A DNA stretch of 64,000 bases, taken from Rubrivivax sp. (lineage in GTDB: Bacteria; Pseudomonadota; Gammaproteobacteria; Burkholderiales; Burkholderiaceae_C). The notes beneath the pieces are model-generated. The model saw only the letters and a list, made by a program, of their open reading frames with translations. It was not told the origin of the DNA and did not search any database. The position numbers and the translations under genes were made by a program. The DNA lies in the NCBI GenBank assembly GCA_018780805.1, contig JADMJD010000079.1, forward strand, positions 10,167 through 74,166, in the 5' to 3' direction. Each line of letters starts with the position of its first letter. The stretch's first letter is position 1. This document shows, piece by piece, positions 50,622 through 59,805 of the stretch.

Positions 50622-52411
50622 TGGGGCTGCACCGCCACCGGGCCAGGCGCCGCTGGTTGGCGAGCCAGGCCACGGCCCGGGCGGCATTGGCACTGGAACG
50701 CCAGCAGCCGGCCGACCTGGCCACGGCACACCAGGCCGCGCGCCGGGCCGCGGTGCGCCAGGAGCCGGCCCTGCAGCAGCTGGCCCAGCTGCAGGGCCTG
50801 GCCACGGTGCTGGCGGCGGTGGAGAGCCATCAAGGTCGGGCCGTGCCGGCCCCGGTGGTGGACACCGCGCTGGCCCTGCTGCGCCACGCCGCCGTCGAGC
50901 TGCCCGCGCTGAAGGACCGCCGCCTGGCCACTGCCCTGGCTGCTGCCACGGCCGCGCTGGCCGGCGAGCCGGTGCACGTGGTGACCACCAGCGATGAAGA
51001 CGCGGCGGCCACGGCCGCGGCCATGCGCCCGGTGTTCGACGCCTGTGGCCTGAGTGCCGCCGCGTTGTCGCTGGACATGGCACCGGCCGCGCTGGCCGCC
51101 GGCTACCGCGCTGACGTGGTGCTGGCCGGTGTGCGCCGGCTGGCTGCCGACCTGGCGCGCGACGAGCATCTGCAGTCGCGCCTGGGCGCCGATGGCCCGG
51201 TGCCGCTGCTCACCCGCGGCGCCGCCTGGGCTTTGCTGGAGCCGCTGGACCGTGTGCTGGCCGATGAAGCCCTGGGCCCGGTGCAGCTGTCGGTGGCCGA
51301 CGACCCCAGCGGCTTCGGCGCCGCGCTGGCGCTGGCCCGCCGCCTGGCCGACACCCTGGTGACCGGTGTGCACCACGACGGCCTGGACCTGCTGGACGCC
51401 GGCCGTGAGCTGCTGGACACCCACACCACCGCCTGGCCACCGCTGTGGCGGGCCGCCGCCAGGCGCGACGACCTGGTGCGCCAGGCGCTGTACGTGCGCG
51501 ACGGCCTGCAGCGTGGGCGCGACTACGAGCTCGCGCCCGGCAACCTGCTGTGGCTGGACGAAGGCCTGTCCGAGCGCCTGCCCGAGCGTGGCTTCAGCCC
51601 GGGCCTGAGCCAGGCCCTGCAACTGCGGCTGGGCGTGCCGATGGCGCCCATCACCCGCACCCTGGGGCGCACCAGCGTGCCGGCCTTCTGCCAGCGCTAC
51701 CGCCACCTGGCAGGCACCGCACCGGCGCTGGCCGGACTGGACGCCGAACTCTGGCAGGCCCATGGCCTGACGCTGCACGTGGCCGCGCCCGCCCCGCCGC
51801 TGCCCTGCAGCACCCGCGCCCTGCCGGACCGCGCCGCCTGGGAGCAGGCGCTGGCCGATGCCGCCGGCTCGGGCGCCGACAGCCTGGCCCGCCTGGTGGT
51901 GCTGCGCCGCGCCGCCGACCTGGCCAGCCTGCAGGCCCTGGTGCAGCACCCGCGTGCCGCCTGGGCACTGGAGGCCGTGGGCCCGCAGACGGCGTTGCAG
52001 GCGCTGGGGTTTGGCGGCCCGGACGCACCGGCGGGCCTGCGTGTGGTGTTTGCCGAGCCGCCCGACACCGCCCGCGCGGAGCTCGCCTTCCTGCGCCGCG
52101 CCGCCGACGCCAGCAGCGGCACGTTCGAAGCCGTGCGCCTGGTGCATGCCCACAGCCGCTGGCTGGCCGACCGCCTGCCGCTGCCGGCAGCGGCCTTGCG
52201 CCAGCTGTGCCGCCTGTGGCCCGGCGCCGCCCCGCGGCTGCTGCCCGCCCTGGTGGCCTGGGCACAGCGCTGCACGGCACGCCAGACCCGCGCCCACCGC
52301 CTGGCGCTGCCCCAACGTGAACGCCAGCTGCAGCAGCAACTCTCCTTCACCGCCGCCCGGTCGCCAGCCCCAACGCCCGGCCCCCAGCCGGCCCCCGGAA
52401 CATCCCCTTGA
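50621..52411 (+). CDS. SecA_DEAD-like protein with degenerate ATPase motifs (596 aa)
   Basis: Colinear with SecA by eye: GEPVHVVTTSD, YRADVVLA, DRVLADEALGPVQLS, RDYEL...LDE...FSPGLSQALQ...TRTLGRTSV..FCQRYRHLAG. TGATG overlap with the upstream stop (alternative GTG at 50618). Confidence 0.72.
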   Translation: MGLHRHRARRRWLASQATARAALALERQQPADLATAHQAARRAAVRQEPALQQLAQLQGLATVLAAVESHQGRAVPAPVVDTALALLRHAAVELPALKDRRLATALAAATAALAGEPVHVVTTSDEDAAATAAAMRPVFDACGLSAAALSLDMAPAALAAGYRADVVLAGVRRLAADLARDEHLQSRLGADGPVPLLTRGAAWALLEPLDRVLADEALGPVQLSVADDPSGFGAALALARRLADTLVTGVHHDGLDLLDAGRELLDTHTTAWPPLWRAAARRDDLVRQALYVRDGLQRGRDYELAPGNLLWLDEGLSERLPERGFSPGLSQALQLRLGVPMAPITRTLGRTSVPAFCQRYRHLAGTAPALAGLDAELWQAHGLTLHVAAPAPPLPCSTRALPDRAAWEQALADAAGSGADSLARLVVLRRAADLASLQALVQHPRAAWALEAVGPQTALQALGFGGPDAPAGLRVVFAEPPDTARAELAFLRRAADASSGTFEAVRLVHAHSRWLADRLPLPAAALRQLCRLWPGAAPRLLPALVAWAQRCTARQTRAHRLALPQRERQLQQQLSFTAARSPAPTPGPQPAPGTSP

Positions 52412-52442
52412 CGCCCCTGGCGCCGCACCGCAGGATCAAGCC

Positions 52443-53882
52443 ATGAACGCACGTCAACGCCTCTTCTTTTGCCCTGCCGGGCTGTCATTCGCCGCGGTGG
52501 CTGCCGCCGGCCTGCTGGCGGCCTGCGGCGGAGGCGGCGGTGGTTCGTCGCCCAGCGGCCCGCTGACGATCACCACCACGCCGGTGCTGGCCGGCAGTGC
52601 GCTGGTGTATGCCATCACCCTGCCCAACGGCTACAACGACGCGTCCATCGTCACCTACCGCACGGCCGATGTGGCCAGCGGCCTGGGTTACGCCACCGGT
52701 GGCCTGGCCTGCGGCGCCGGGGTGGACTACATCGCCGTGCCCGCGGGCAGCGTCACCATCACACGCAGCGGCACGGTGAACATCACCACCTGCCCCAACG
52801 CCAGCTTCGAACCGAACGAACAGCTGGTGCTGGTGGTCGATTGGCAAGGCGGCAGCACACGCAACCCGGGGCTCATCGTCAACACCGTGGCCGGTGGCCT
52901 GAATGACACCGGCAGCAGCCAGTGCCTGGACGCCAGCGGCGCCCTGGTGGCCTGCACCGCCGCCACCGCACTGGCCGGCCAGGACGGCAGCACCGGCCGC
53001 GACACCACCGCCGTGAGCAACGGCGGCAGCGACGGCCGCCTGGGTTTTGCGTTCACGGCCAGCGGCGGCTGCGTGACCGACCATGTCACCGGCCTGGTCT
53101 GGGACAGCAGCGCAGAAAGCGCCGGCACTGTGGCGACGGCCGAAGCCAACGTGGCCGCCGCCAACACCGCGGCGCGCTGCGGCGCCAGCGACTGGCGGCT
53201 GCCCACGACTGCCGAACTGCTGTCGCTGGTGGACGCCGGCCTGAGCAGCGGCGCCCGCATCGACCCCACGTTTGCCGACACGCCCGCCAACGGCTTCTGG
53301 ACCGCCGAGCCCTATGCCGGCGATACGCGCGCGTCGTGGCTGGTGGATTTCAGTTCCGGCGCGGTGGCCTTCGACACCGCCACCAACCCGCTGGCCAAGG
53401 CCTTCTCCAGCCGCCTGGTGCGCGGCACGGCCGACACACCGGCCTGCGATGCCGACGTCGCCACGCTGGTCACCAACAGCAACGCCACCGTCACCGACAG
53501 CCGCCTGGGCCTGATGTGGCAGCAGTGCGCCGAAGGTTTGTCGGGCGCCGGTTGTGCCACCGGCACGGCCACGGTCTACGGCACCTATGCCGCGGCGTTG
53601 TCACGCGCCGCGGCCGTCAACGCCGACCCGGCCGGTGCCGGCCGTGGCCACAGCGATTGGCGGGTGCCCAACCGCAACGAACTGGCGTCGCTGGTGAACC
53701 GCCGCTGCGAAGCACCGGCCATCCAGCGCACGCCCTTCCCAGGCACACCGTCGGCCAGTTTCTGGACCGCCACGCCGGCCTTTGCCGGGTTCGCCTGGTA
53801 CGTGGATTTCACCGACGGCAGCATCGGCCCCGGTGGCACGACGGGCGACCGTGTGCTGCGCCTGGTGCGCGGCGGGCAGTGA
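52443..53882 (+). CDS. Lipoprotein with Calx-beta-like domain and two Lcl C-terminal (DUF1566) domains (479 aa)
   Basis: Lipobox LLAAC followed by GGGGGGSS; GLNDTG motif; two VTDxxTGLxW...DWRLP/VPxxxELxSLV...FW domains ending LVRG. Start at ATG 52443. Confidence 0.85.
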   Translation: MNARQRLFFCPAGLSFAAVAAAGLLAACGGGGGGSSPSGPLTITTTPVLAGSALVYAITLPNGYNDASIVTYRTADVASGLGYATGGLACGAGVDYIAVPAGSVTITRSGTVNITTCPNASFEPNEQLVLVVDWQGGSTRNPGLIVNTVAGGLNDTGSSQCLDASGALVACTAATALAGQDGSTGRDTTAVSNGGSDGRLGFAFTASGGCVTDHVTGLVWDSSAESAGTVATAEANVAAANTAARCGASDWRLPTTAELLSLVDAGLSSGARIDPTFADTPANGFWTAEPYAGDTRASWLVDFSSGAVAFDTATNPLAKAFSSRLVRGTADTPACDADVATLVTNSNATVTDSRLGLMWQQCAEGLSGAGCATGTATVYGTYAAALSRAAAVNADPAGAGRGHSDWRVPNRNELASLVNRRCEAPAIQRTPFPGTPSASFWTATPAFAGFAWYVDFTDGSIGPGGTTGDRVLRLVRGGQ

Positions 53883-53890
53883 CCTGTCTT

Positions 53891-53929
53891 CGGCCGGCTG
53901 CGTGGCGGTTCAGCCGCCGGCCGCTTCTT
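53891..53929 (+). terminator. Possible hairpin between convergent genes
   Basis: CGGCCGGC (53891-53898) pairs with GCCGGCCG (53916-53923), followed by CTTCTT. Weak U-tract. Confidence 0.3.
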
Positions 53930-53930
53930 G

Positions 53931-54863
53931 TCAACGCGCCGGCACCTGCGCCTGCACATGCGCCTGCACCCGCGCCTGCACAAACGCCTGCAGCCGGGTC
54001 ATCCTGAAACCGAAGCGCTGCGCCAGCGCGGCCGCGCCGTCAAAGTGCTCCGGCAAGGCCTCGTCCGGCAGGCCCATCAGCCCGAGGATGCGTGCCACGC
54101 CCGGGTGCAGGGGCCGCACCACCCGCGCCAAGGCACGCGCCAGCCCGGCGGGCAGGTGCGTGGCCTTGTACGGCAGGCCCGCCAGACGGGCATACAAAGC
54201 CGCCACCTCAGCATTGCTGGCGTGGTCGGGCCCGCCGATGTCGAGGCGCTCGAAGGGCAGCGGGTCGTCCAGCAGCGCATGCACCGCGATGCGGGCCACG
54301 TCGTCGGCGGCCACGAAGTTGCGTGGCTTGGACGCAGGGCCGAAAAATACCGCCCGGCCGTGCTTCAGGAAAGGCTCGCCGTTGAATCGGTGCACATGGT
54401 GCTCCATGAAGGCCGAGGGCCGCAGGATGGCGTGGGGCAGGCCGCTGGCCGCCACCGCCTGCTCGATCGCATGTTTGGTGCGGCCGAAATCCAGCGGGCT
54501 GTCAGGCCCCGCCAGCAGCGCCGACACATAAACAAACCGCTGCACGCCAGCCGCCTGCGAGGCAGCGATCAGCGCGCGGTGGCCGGTGTCGTCCACCGCC
54601 TCCGAGCGCCAGCGGCCACGGCCCAGCAGGCCATGGGCGCAGGCCAGCACCGATTGCACGCCAACACAGGCGCGCTGCAACGACGCCGCGTCGATCAGGT
54701 CGCCGGCCACGACCTCGGCGCCCAGCGCCACCAGGTCGGCCGCCTGCGCAGGGTGGCGGCACAGCGCACGCACCGGCACACCGGCGGCCAGCAGACGGCG
54801 CACGACGGGACGCCCAAGCGCGCCGGTGGCGCCAACGACGAGCACAAGCGGTGGTGTCTTCAT
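53931..54863 (-). CDS. NmrA-like / atypical SDR NAD(P)-binding oxidoreductase
   Basis: N-terminal VLVVGATGALG Rossmann motif; GVQRFVYVS; K..IEQAVAASGLPHAILRPS. Confidence 0.85.
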   Translation of the reverse strand: MKTPPLVLVVGATGALGRPVVRRLLAAGVPVRALCRHPAQAADLVALGAEVVAGDLIDAASLQRACVGVQSVLACAHGLLGRGRWRSEAVDDTGHRALIAASQAAGVQRFVYVSALLAGPDSPLDFGRTKHAIEQAVAASGLPHAILRPSAFMEHHVHRFNGEPFLKHGRAVFFGPASKPRNFVAADDVARIAVHALLDDPLPFERLDIGGPDHASNAEVAALYARLAGLPYKATHLPAGLARALARVVRPLHPGVARILGLMGLPDEALPEHFDGAAALAQRFGFRMTRLQAFVQARVQAHVQAQVPAR

Positions 54864-54920
54864 GGCCGCTGATTCTGGTCACCAAGCCGGCCCTTGCCAA
54901 GCGGCGGTACCCGCCGCTGG

Positions 54921-56033
54921 TCAGGCGCTGAGCAGCTTGCCGGTGCGCACCAGGGTGCGGCCGGCGATCTTGGCCACGCGGGTGCCGGGCACGGCCCAGC
55001 GTGTGTTGATGCGGGCGTAGAGCACACCGGCCGACTGGGCGCGCAGCGGCAGGCGCTCGCCGGTGTCGACATCGACGATGTCGGCCACGGTCTGGCCGAC
55101 CTCGATGTGTTCGCCGGGCTGCGCGTGGAACACCACCACGCCGGGACGGGGCGCGGTGACGGGCTCCGACGCCGCCAGCAGCGTGGGCTCGCAGCGGGCC
55201 ACGGGCAACGGCGCCGGCGCACCGGCCACGATGCCACGCCGGCGCAGGAATTCGATGAGTGCCGCCGCATCCGCTTCGGCCAGCGCATGGTCGGTGTCGG
55301 CCTCGCCACGCAGCTCGACCGTGGTGCTGAAACAGGGCAGCGGCATCGGGTGCGCGGGGAAACGTTTCTGCAGCGCCGGCCCGGGCCGGCTGCAGGCTTC
55401 GTCGAACGGTGAATCGCCCGATTCTTCGGCCAGCAGCACAGCCTGCGCGCCCAGCAGCGCACCCAGTTCATGCGCCAGGTCGGCCTGCAGCGTGTGCGCG
55501 TACAGGTGCAGCACGGCCTCGCTGTCGCAGTGCAGGTCCAGCACCACGTCGGCGTCGATGGCCAGCTGCAGCAGCTGGCGCTTCAGGTCCTGCACCGGGG
55601 TCTGCACCGTCAAGGCCGCTGCCGCGTCCCGCAGTGCAGCACGTGCCAGCCGCACGTTGGTGCGGGCATCGTCGCCCAGGCGGCCGGCCAGCGCGGTGGC
55701 CGCGGCCTCGCTCAGATCGGCGTAGCCGCGGTTGAAGTTCAGGCCGTCGCGCAGGTCGAAGCGGCCCTGGTCGCGCGCCAGCACCTGCTGCGCCAAGCCG
55801 ATTGGGTTGGCGTAGGGCACCAGGCGCACCTCGCCGATCAACTGGCCCGCGGCCTCCAGCACCGTGAGCTGCCGGCGCAGCGCTTGCGCCACCAGCAGCG
55901 CCGGCACCTCGTCGGCGTGCAGCGCGGCCTGGATCGTGGCCACGGGGCCGCCGGAGGTGCCGAAGCGCAGCACGGTCAGCGTGTGCTGCAGGCCGGGCGA
56001 GGCGCTGAACAGCGGCAAGGTCTGGGGTGTCAT
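54921..56033 (-). CDS. Succinylglutamate desuccinylase/aspartoacylase family (M14) protein
   Basis: QAALHADE zinc motif, ANPIG, NFNR, VLDLH and a C-terminal lipoyl-like domain (PVTAPRPGVV...GEHIEVGQTVADI). Confidence 0.82.
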   Translation of the reverse strand: MTPQTLPLFSASPGLQHTLTVLRFGTSGGPVATIQAALHADEVPALLVAQALRRQLTVLEAAGQLIGEVRLVPYANPIGLAQQVLARDQGRFDLRDGLNFNRGYADLSEAAATALAGRLGDDARTNVRLARAALRDAAAALTVQTPVQDLKRQLLQLAIDADVVLDLHCDSEAVLHLYAHTLQADLAHELGALLGAQAVLLAEESGDSPFDEACSRPGPALQKRFPAHPMPLPCFSTTVELRGEADTDHALAEADAAALIEFLRRRGIVAGAPAPLPVARCEPTLLAASEPVTAPRPGVVVFHAQPGEHIEVGQTVADIVDVDTGERLPLRAQSAGVLYARINTRWAVPGTRVAKIAGRTLVRTGKLLSA

Positions 56034-56107
56034 GTGCGGGTTGTACCAGCGGCGCGGCGCGCCCAGGCTGGCATCATCGGCGCCATCTCACCAGGAATTG
56101 ACAAGAC

Positions 56108-56950
56108 ATGTGTGCCAGCAAGGTGCCCGAGGGCCGGGAGCGGGGATGGATCATCCCCATCGGCGGGGCCGAAGAAAAAGAGAACTCGCCGCAGATCCTG
56201 CGCCGCTTCGTGCAGCTGGCGGGTGGCAACGACGCCGACATCGTCGTCATCCCCACCGCCAGCCAGATGCGCGACACCGGCGCACGCTACGAACGCATCT
56301 TCGGCGAGCTGGGCGCCGGCCGTGTGAGCGCGCTGGATTTCGACACCCGGCGCGATTGCGACGAAACCAGCCGCATCAGCCGCCTGCAGCAGGCCACGGG
56401 GGTGTTTTTCACTGGCGGCAACCAGCTGCGGCTGTCCACGCTGCTGGGCGGCACGCCGGTGGCCAAGGCCCTCCGTGCGCTCAATGCGGCGGGTGTGCCG
56501 GTGGCCGGCACCAGCGCCGGGGCGGCTTTCATCAGCGAACACATGATCGCGTTTGGTGACGAAGGCAGCACGCCGATCGCCGGCTCGGTGCGCCTGGCCG
56601 CGGGCCTGGGGCTGACGAACCGCTTCATCATCGACCAGCACTTCCGCCAGCGCGACCGGCTCGGCCGGCTGCTCACCGCGCTGGCCTACAACCCGTTCGC
56701 CGTGGGCATCGGGCTGGACGAAGACACCGCCGCCTTCATCGCGCCCGACAACACGGTGCACGTGGAAGGTTCGGGCGCGATCACCGTGGTCGACGCGGCC
56801 GAGGTGCAGTTTTCGTCGATGGACAGCGTCAGCGAAGGCCGGCCCGTGTGCCTGCTGGGCGTGAAGCTGCACATCCTCACGCAAGGTGCCACCTTCAACC
56901 TGCACACGCGGCAGGCGGATGCGGGCAGCCTGGTGCGGCCCAAGGCCTGA
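56108..56950 (+). CDS. cphB: Cyanophycinase (peptidase S51)
   Basis: IIPIGGAEEK, FTGGNQLRL, GTSAGA nucleophile motif, DQHFRQRDRLGRL; directly upstream of cphA. Confidence 0.92.
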   Translation: MCASKVPEGRERGWIIPIGGAEEKENSPQILRRFVQLAGGNDADIVVIPTASQMRDTGARYERIFGELGAGRVSALDFDTRRDCDETSRISRLQQATGVFFTGGNQLRLSTLLGGTPVAKALRALNAAGVPVAGTSAGAAFISEHMIAFGDEGSTPIAGSVRLAAGLGLTNRFIIDQHFRQRDRLGRLLTALAYNPFAVGIGLDEDTAAFIAPDNTVHVEGSGAITVVDAAEVQFSSMDSVSEGRPVCLLGVKLHILTQGATFNLHTRQADAGSLVRPKA

Positions 56951-56991
56951 AACCTGCTTCGTTCATCCCTTCTGATCCCGGAGCCTGCTGC

Positions 56992-59805
56992 ATGCGCATC
57001 CTCGAACGCAACGTCTACGTCGGCCCGTCGCTGTACGCGCATTTCCCGGTCATCCGGCTGCTGCTGGACCTGGGACCGCTGGAGGGCTGGCCCACGGGCA
57101 AACTGGGTGCGGCGTTTGTCGACGGCCTGGTGGCGGCGCTGCCGACGCTGCAGGAGCATGGTTGTTCGTACCGCGAGCCGGGCGGTTTCATCCGCCGCAT
57201 GCGGGGAGATCCACAAGACCCCGACGGCACCTGGTTGGGCCATGTCTTCGAACACGTGGCCATCGAGCTGCAGAACATCGCCGGTGAAGACGTCACCTTC
57301 GGCAAGACCCGCAGCGTGGACGGCCAGCCCGGTGTCTACACCGTGGTCTACGAATACGCGCAGCGAGACGAAGGTGTGGAGGCCGGTGAACTGGCGATCC
57401 GGCTGCTGTGTTCGCTGCTGCCGCCCGAGCTGCAGCCTGAAGGCGTGGTGCCTGCCGACTGGGCCTGGCCCGAGGCGCGGCTGGACTTCATCCGCTACGC
57501 GCAGCGGCGTGCGCTGGGCCCGTCGACGGCCTCGCTGGTCAAGGCCGCCGAAGAACGCAACATCCCCTGGCTGCGGCTGAACGAACAAAGCCTGATCCAG
57601 CTGGGCCACGGCAAATTCCAGCAGCGCATCCAGGCCACCGTCACCGGCCGCACCAGCTACATCGCGGTGGAGCTGGCGCAGGACAAGGAAGAAACCAACA
57701 AGATCCTGGCCAACCAGGGCCTGCCGGTGCCGCGGCAAGAGCTGGTGCGCAGCGCCGACCGCGCCGTGCGCGCGGCCGAACGCCTGGGTTTCCCGGTGGT
57801 CACCAAGCCCTACAACGGCAACCATGGGCGTGGCATCAGCATCGAGCTGAAAACCGCCGACGAGGTGCGCGCCGGTTTTGCCGCCGCCGCCGAGCACAGC
57901 AGCAGCGTGATCGTCGAGACCTACCTCAGCGGCGCCGACCACCGGCTGCTGGTGGTGAACGGCGAGTTGATCGCGGCCACACGCCGCACGCCGGGGCGGG
58001 TGATCGGCGACGGCCAGCATTCGGTGCGTGAACTCGTGGACATCGTCAACCAGGACCCGCGCCGCGGCGTGGGCCACGAAAAGGTGATGACCCGCATCGA
58101 ACTCGATGCGCAGGCCGACACGATGCTGGCGCGCCAGGGCATGACCCCCGACTCGGTACCGGCCGAAGGCCAGGTCGTCGAACTGCGCAGCACCGCCAAC
58201 CTCTCCACCGGCGGCACCGCCACCGACGTGACCGACGTCATCCACCCCGACAACCGCGAGATGGCCGTGCGCGCCGTCACCGCCATCGGCCTGGACGTGG
58301 GCGGCGTGGACTTCCTCTGCCCCGACATCACCGAGAGCTACAAGACGGTGGGCGGTGGCATCTGCGAGGTGAACGCGGCACCGGGTTTTCGCATGCACGT
58401 GGCCCCCAGCGAAGGCACCCCACGCGACGCCGCCGGCCCGGTGATCGACATGCTGTTCCCGGCCGGTGTGGCCAGCCGCGTGCCGATTGCCGCCATCACC
58501 GGCACCAACGGCAAGACCACCACCAGCCGCATGCTGGCGCACATCACCAAGATGGCGGGTTACACCCCGGGCCTGACCACCACCGATGGCGTCTACATCG
58601 ACGGCCAGCGCACCGTGGAGGGCGACATGACCGGCCCCGTGGCCACGCGCATGGTGCTGGCCGACCCGGCCATCGACATGGCGGTGCTGGAGATCGCGCG
58701 TGGCGGCCTGCTGCGCGCCGGCATGGGCGTGCCCTTCGTCAACGTCGGCGCGGTGCTCAACGTGCAGGCCGACCACCTGGGCATGAAAGGCATCGACACC
58801 CTCGAACAACTGGCCGAGGTCAAACGCATCATCGTCGAGGTGGCGCGCGATTGCGCGGTGCTGAACGCCGACGACGAACACGTGATCCGCATGTCGGCCC
58901 ACACCGAGGCCAAACACCTGTGTTACGTGACGCTGAACCCGCAACACGCCGTAGTGCGCGAGCACATCCGTGCCGGTGGCCGGGCGTGTGCGCTGGAGGC
59001 GGGTGTGAACGGCCAGATGATCACGCTGTACGACAAGGGCCGGCACATCCCGCTGATGTGGACGCACCTGATCCCGGCCACACTGGAAGGCCGTGCGATG
59101 CACAACGTGCAGAACGCGATGTTCGCCGCCGCACTCGCCTTCAGCCTGGACATCAAGCTCGACGCCATCCGCCAGGGGCTGCGCACCTTCGACAGCACCT
59201 TCTTCCAGGCCCCGGGCCGCATGAACGTCTACGACGAACACCCGTTCAAGGTGATCTTCGACTACGCGCACAACGCCCATGCCGTGGGCGTGATGGCCGA
59301 CCTGGCGCAGCGGCTGGACGTGCGCGGCCGGCGCATCGTGGTGGTGGCCGGCCCGGGCGACCGGCGTAATGAGGACATCGTCGCCATCGCCGAGGCGGTG
59401 GCCGGCCGCTTTGACCACTACATCTGCCGGCGCGACGACGGCCTGCGCGGGCGTGCGCCCGACGAGGTGCCGCAGATGATCGCCGCCGTGCTGCGCCAGC
59501 GTGGCGTGCCTGACAGCGCGATCACCATCATCCCGGACGAGCAGGAAGCGATCGACGCCGCCTTGCGCATGGGCCAGCCGGGTGACCTGCTGCTGGTGTT
59601 TGCCGATGCGCTGACACGGTCGTGGAAGCAGGTCACGAAGTTCAAACCCGATGGGGCGGCCGTGGCCAGCGCAGCGCCTGCAGCGGCCGCGCCTGCGCCG
59701 GCCGACGACGAGCCGGCCACCGTGGCCCTGGGCGCCGACCTGGAGGCCGCCGGCTTCGTGCGCGACGAGCGCGGGCTGCGGTTCGTGGGTGAAGCCGCTG
59801 ACTGA
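56992..59805 (+). CDS. cphA: Cyanophycin synthetase (937 aa)
   Basis: N domain GTWLGHVFEHVAIELQ; ATP-grasp (KPYNGNHGRGIS, ANLSTGGTA, EVNAAPGFRMH); Mur domain (GTNGKTTT, DYAHN). Start at ATG 56992 (MRILERNVYVGPSLY). Confidence 0.95.
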   Translation: MRILERNVYVGPSLYAHFPVIRLLLDLGPLEGWPTGKLGAAFVDGLVAALPTLQEHGCSYREPGGFIRRMRGDPQDPDGTWLGHVFEHVAIELQNIAGEDVTFGKTRSVDGQPGVYTVVYEYAQRDEGVEAGELAIRLLCSLLPPELQPEGVVPADWAWPEARLDFIRYAQRRALGPSTASLVKAAEERNIPWLRLNEQSLIQLGHGKFQQRIQATVTGRTSYIAVELAQDKEETNKILANQGLPVPRQELVRSADRAVRAAERLGFPVVTKPYNGNHGRGISIELKTADEVRAGFAAAAEHSSSVIVETYLSGADHRLLVVNGELIAATRRTPGRVIGDGQHSVRELVDIVNQDPRRGVGHEKVMTRIELDAQADTMLARQGMTPDSVPAEGQVVELRSTANLSTGGTATDVTDVIHPDNREMAVRAVTAIGLDVGGVDFLCPDITESYKTVGGGICEVNAAPGFRMHVAPSEGTPRDAAGPVIDMLFPAGVASRVPIAAITGTNGKTTTSRMLAHITKMAGYTPGLTTTDGVYIDGQRTVEGDMTGPVATRMVLADPAIDMAVLEIARGGLLRAGMGVPFVNVGAVLNVQADHLGMKGIDTLEQLAEVKRIIVEVARDCAVLNADDEHVIRMSAHTEAKHLCYVTLNPQHAVVREHIRAGGRACALEAGVNGQMITLYDKGRHIPLMWTHLIPATLEGRAMHNVQNAMFAAALAFSLDIKLDAIRQGLRTFDSTFFQAPGRMNVYDEHPFKVIFDYAHNAHAVGVMADLAQRLDVRGRRIVVVAGPGDRRNEDIVAIAEAVAGRFDHYICRRDDGLRGRAPDEVPQMIAAVLRQRGVPDSAITIIPDEQEAIDAALRMGQPGDLLLVFADALTRSWKQVTKFKPDGAAVASAAPAAAAPAPADDEPATVALGADLEAAGFVRDERGLRFVGEAAD

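Noticed and set aside
50621-52411. Housekeeping secA or a pseudogene
   Set aside because: It is too short and lacks the ATPase motifs and C-terminal domains of housekeeping SecA. It has no frameshift or stop and keeps coupling and codon bias, so it is not called a pseudogene.
53600-53882. DGR target at the 3' end of the DUF1566 gene
   Set aside because: No near-identical second copy of the 3' end and no RT were seen in this window; it cannot be excluded genome-wide.
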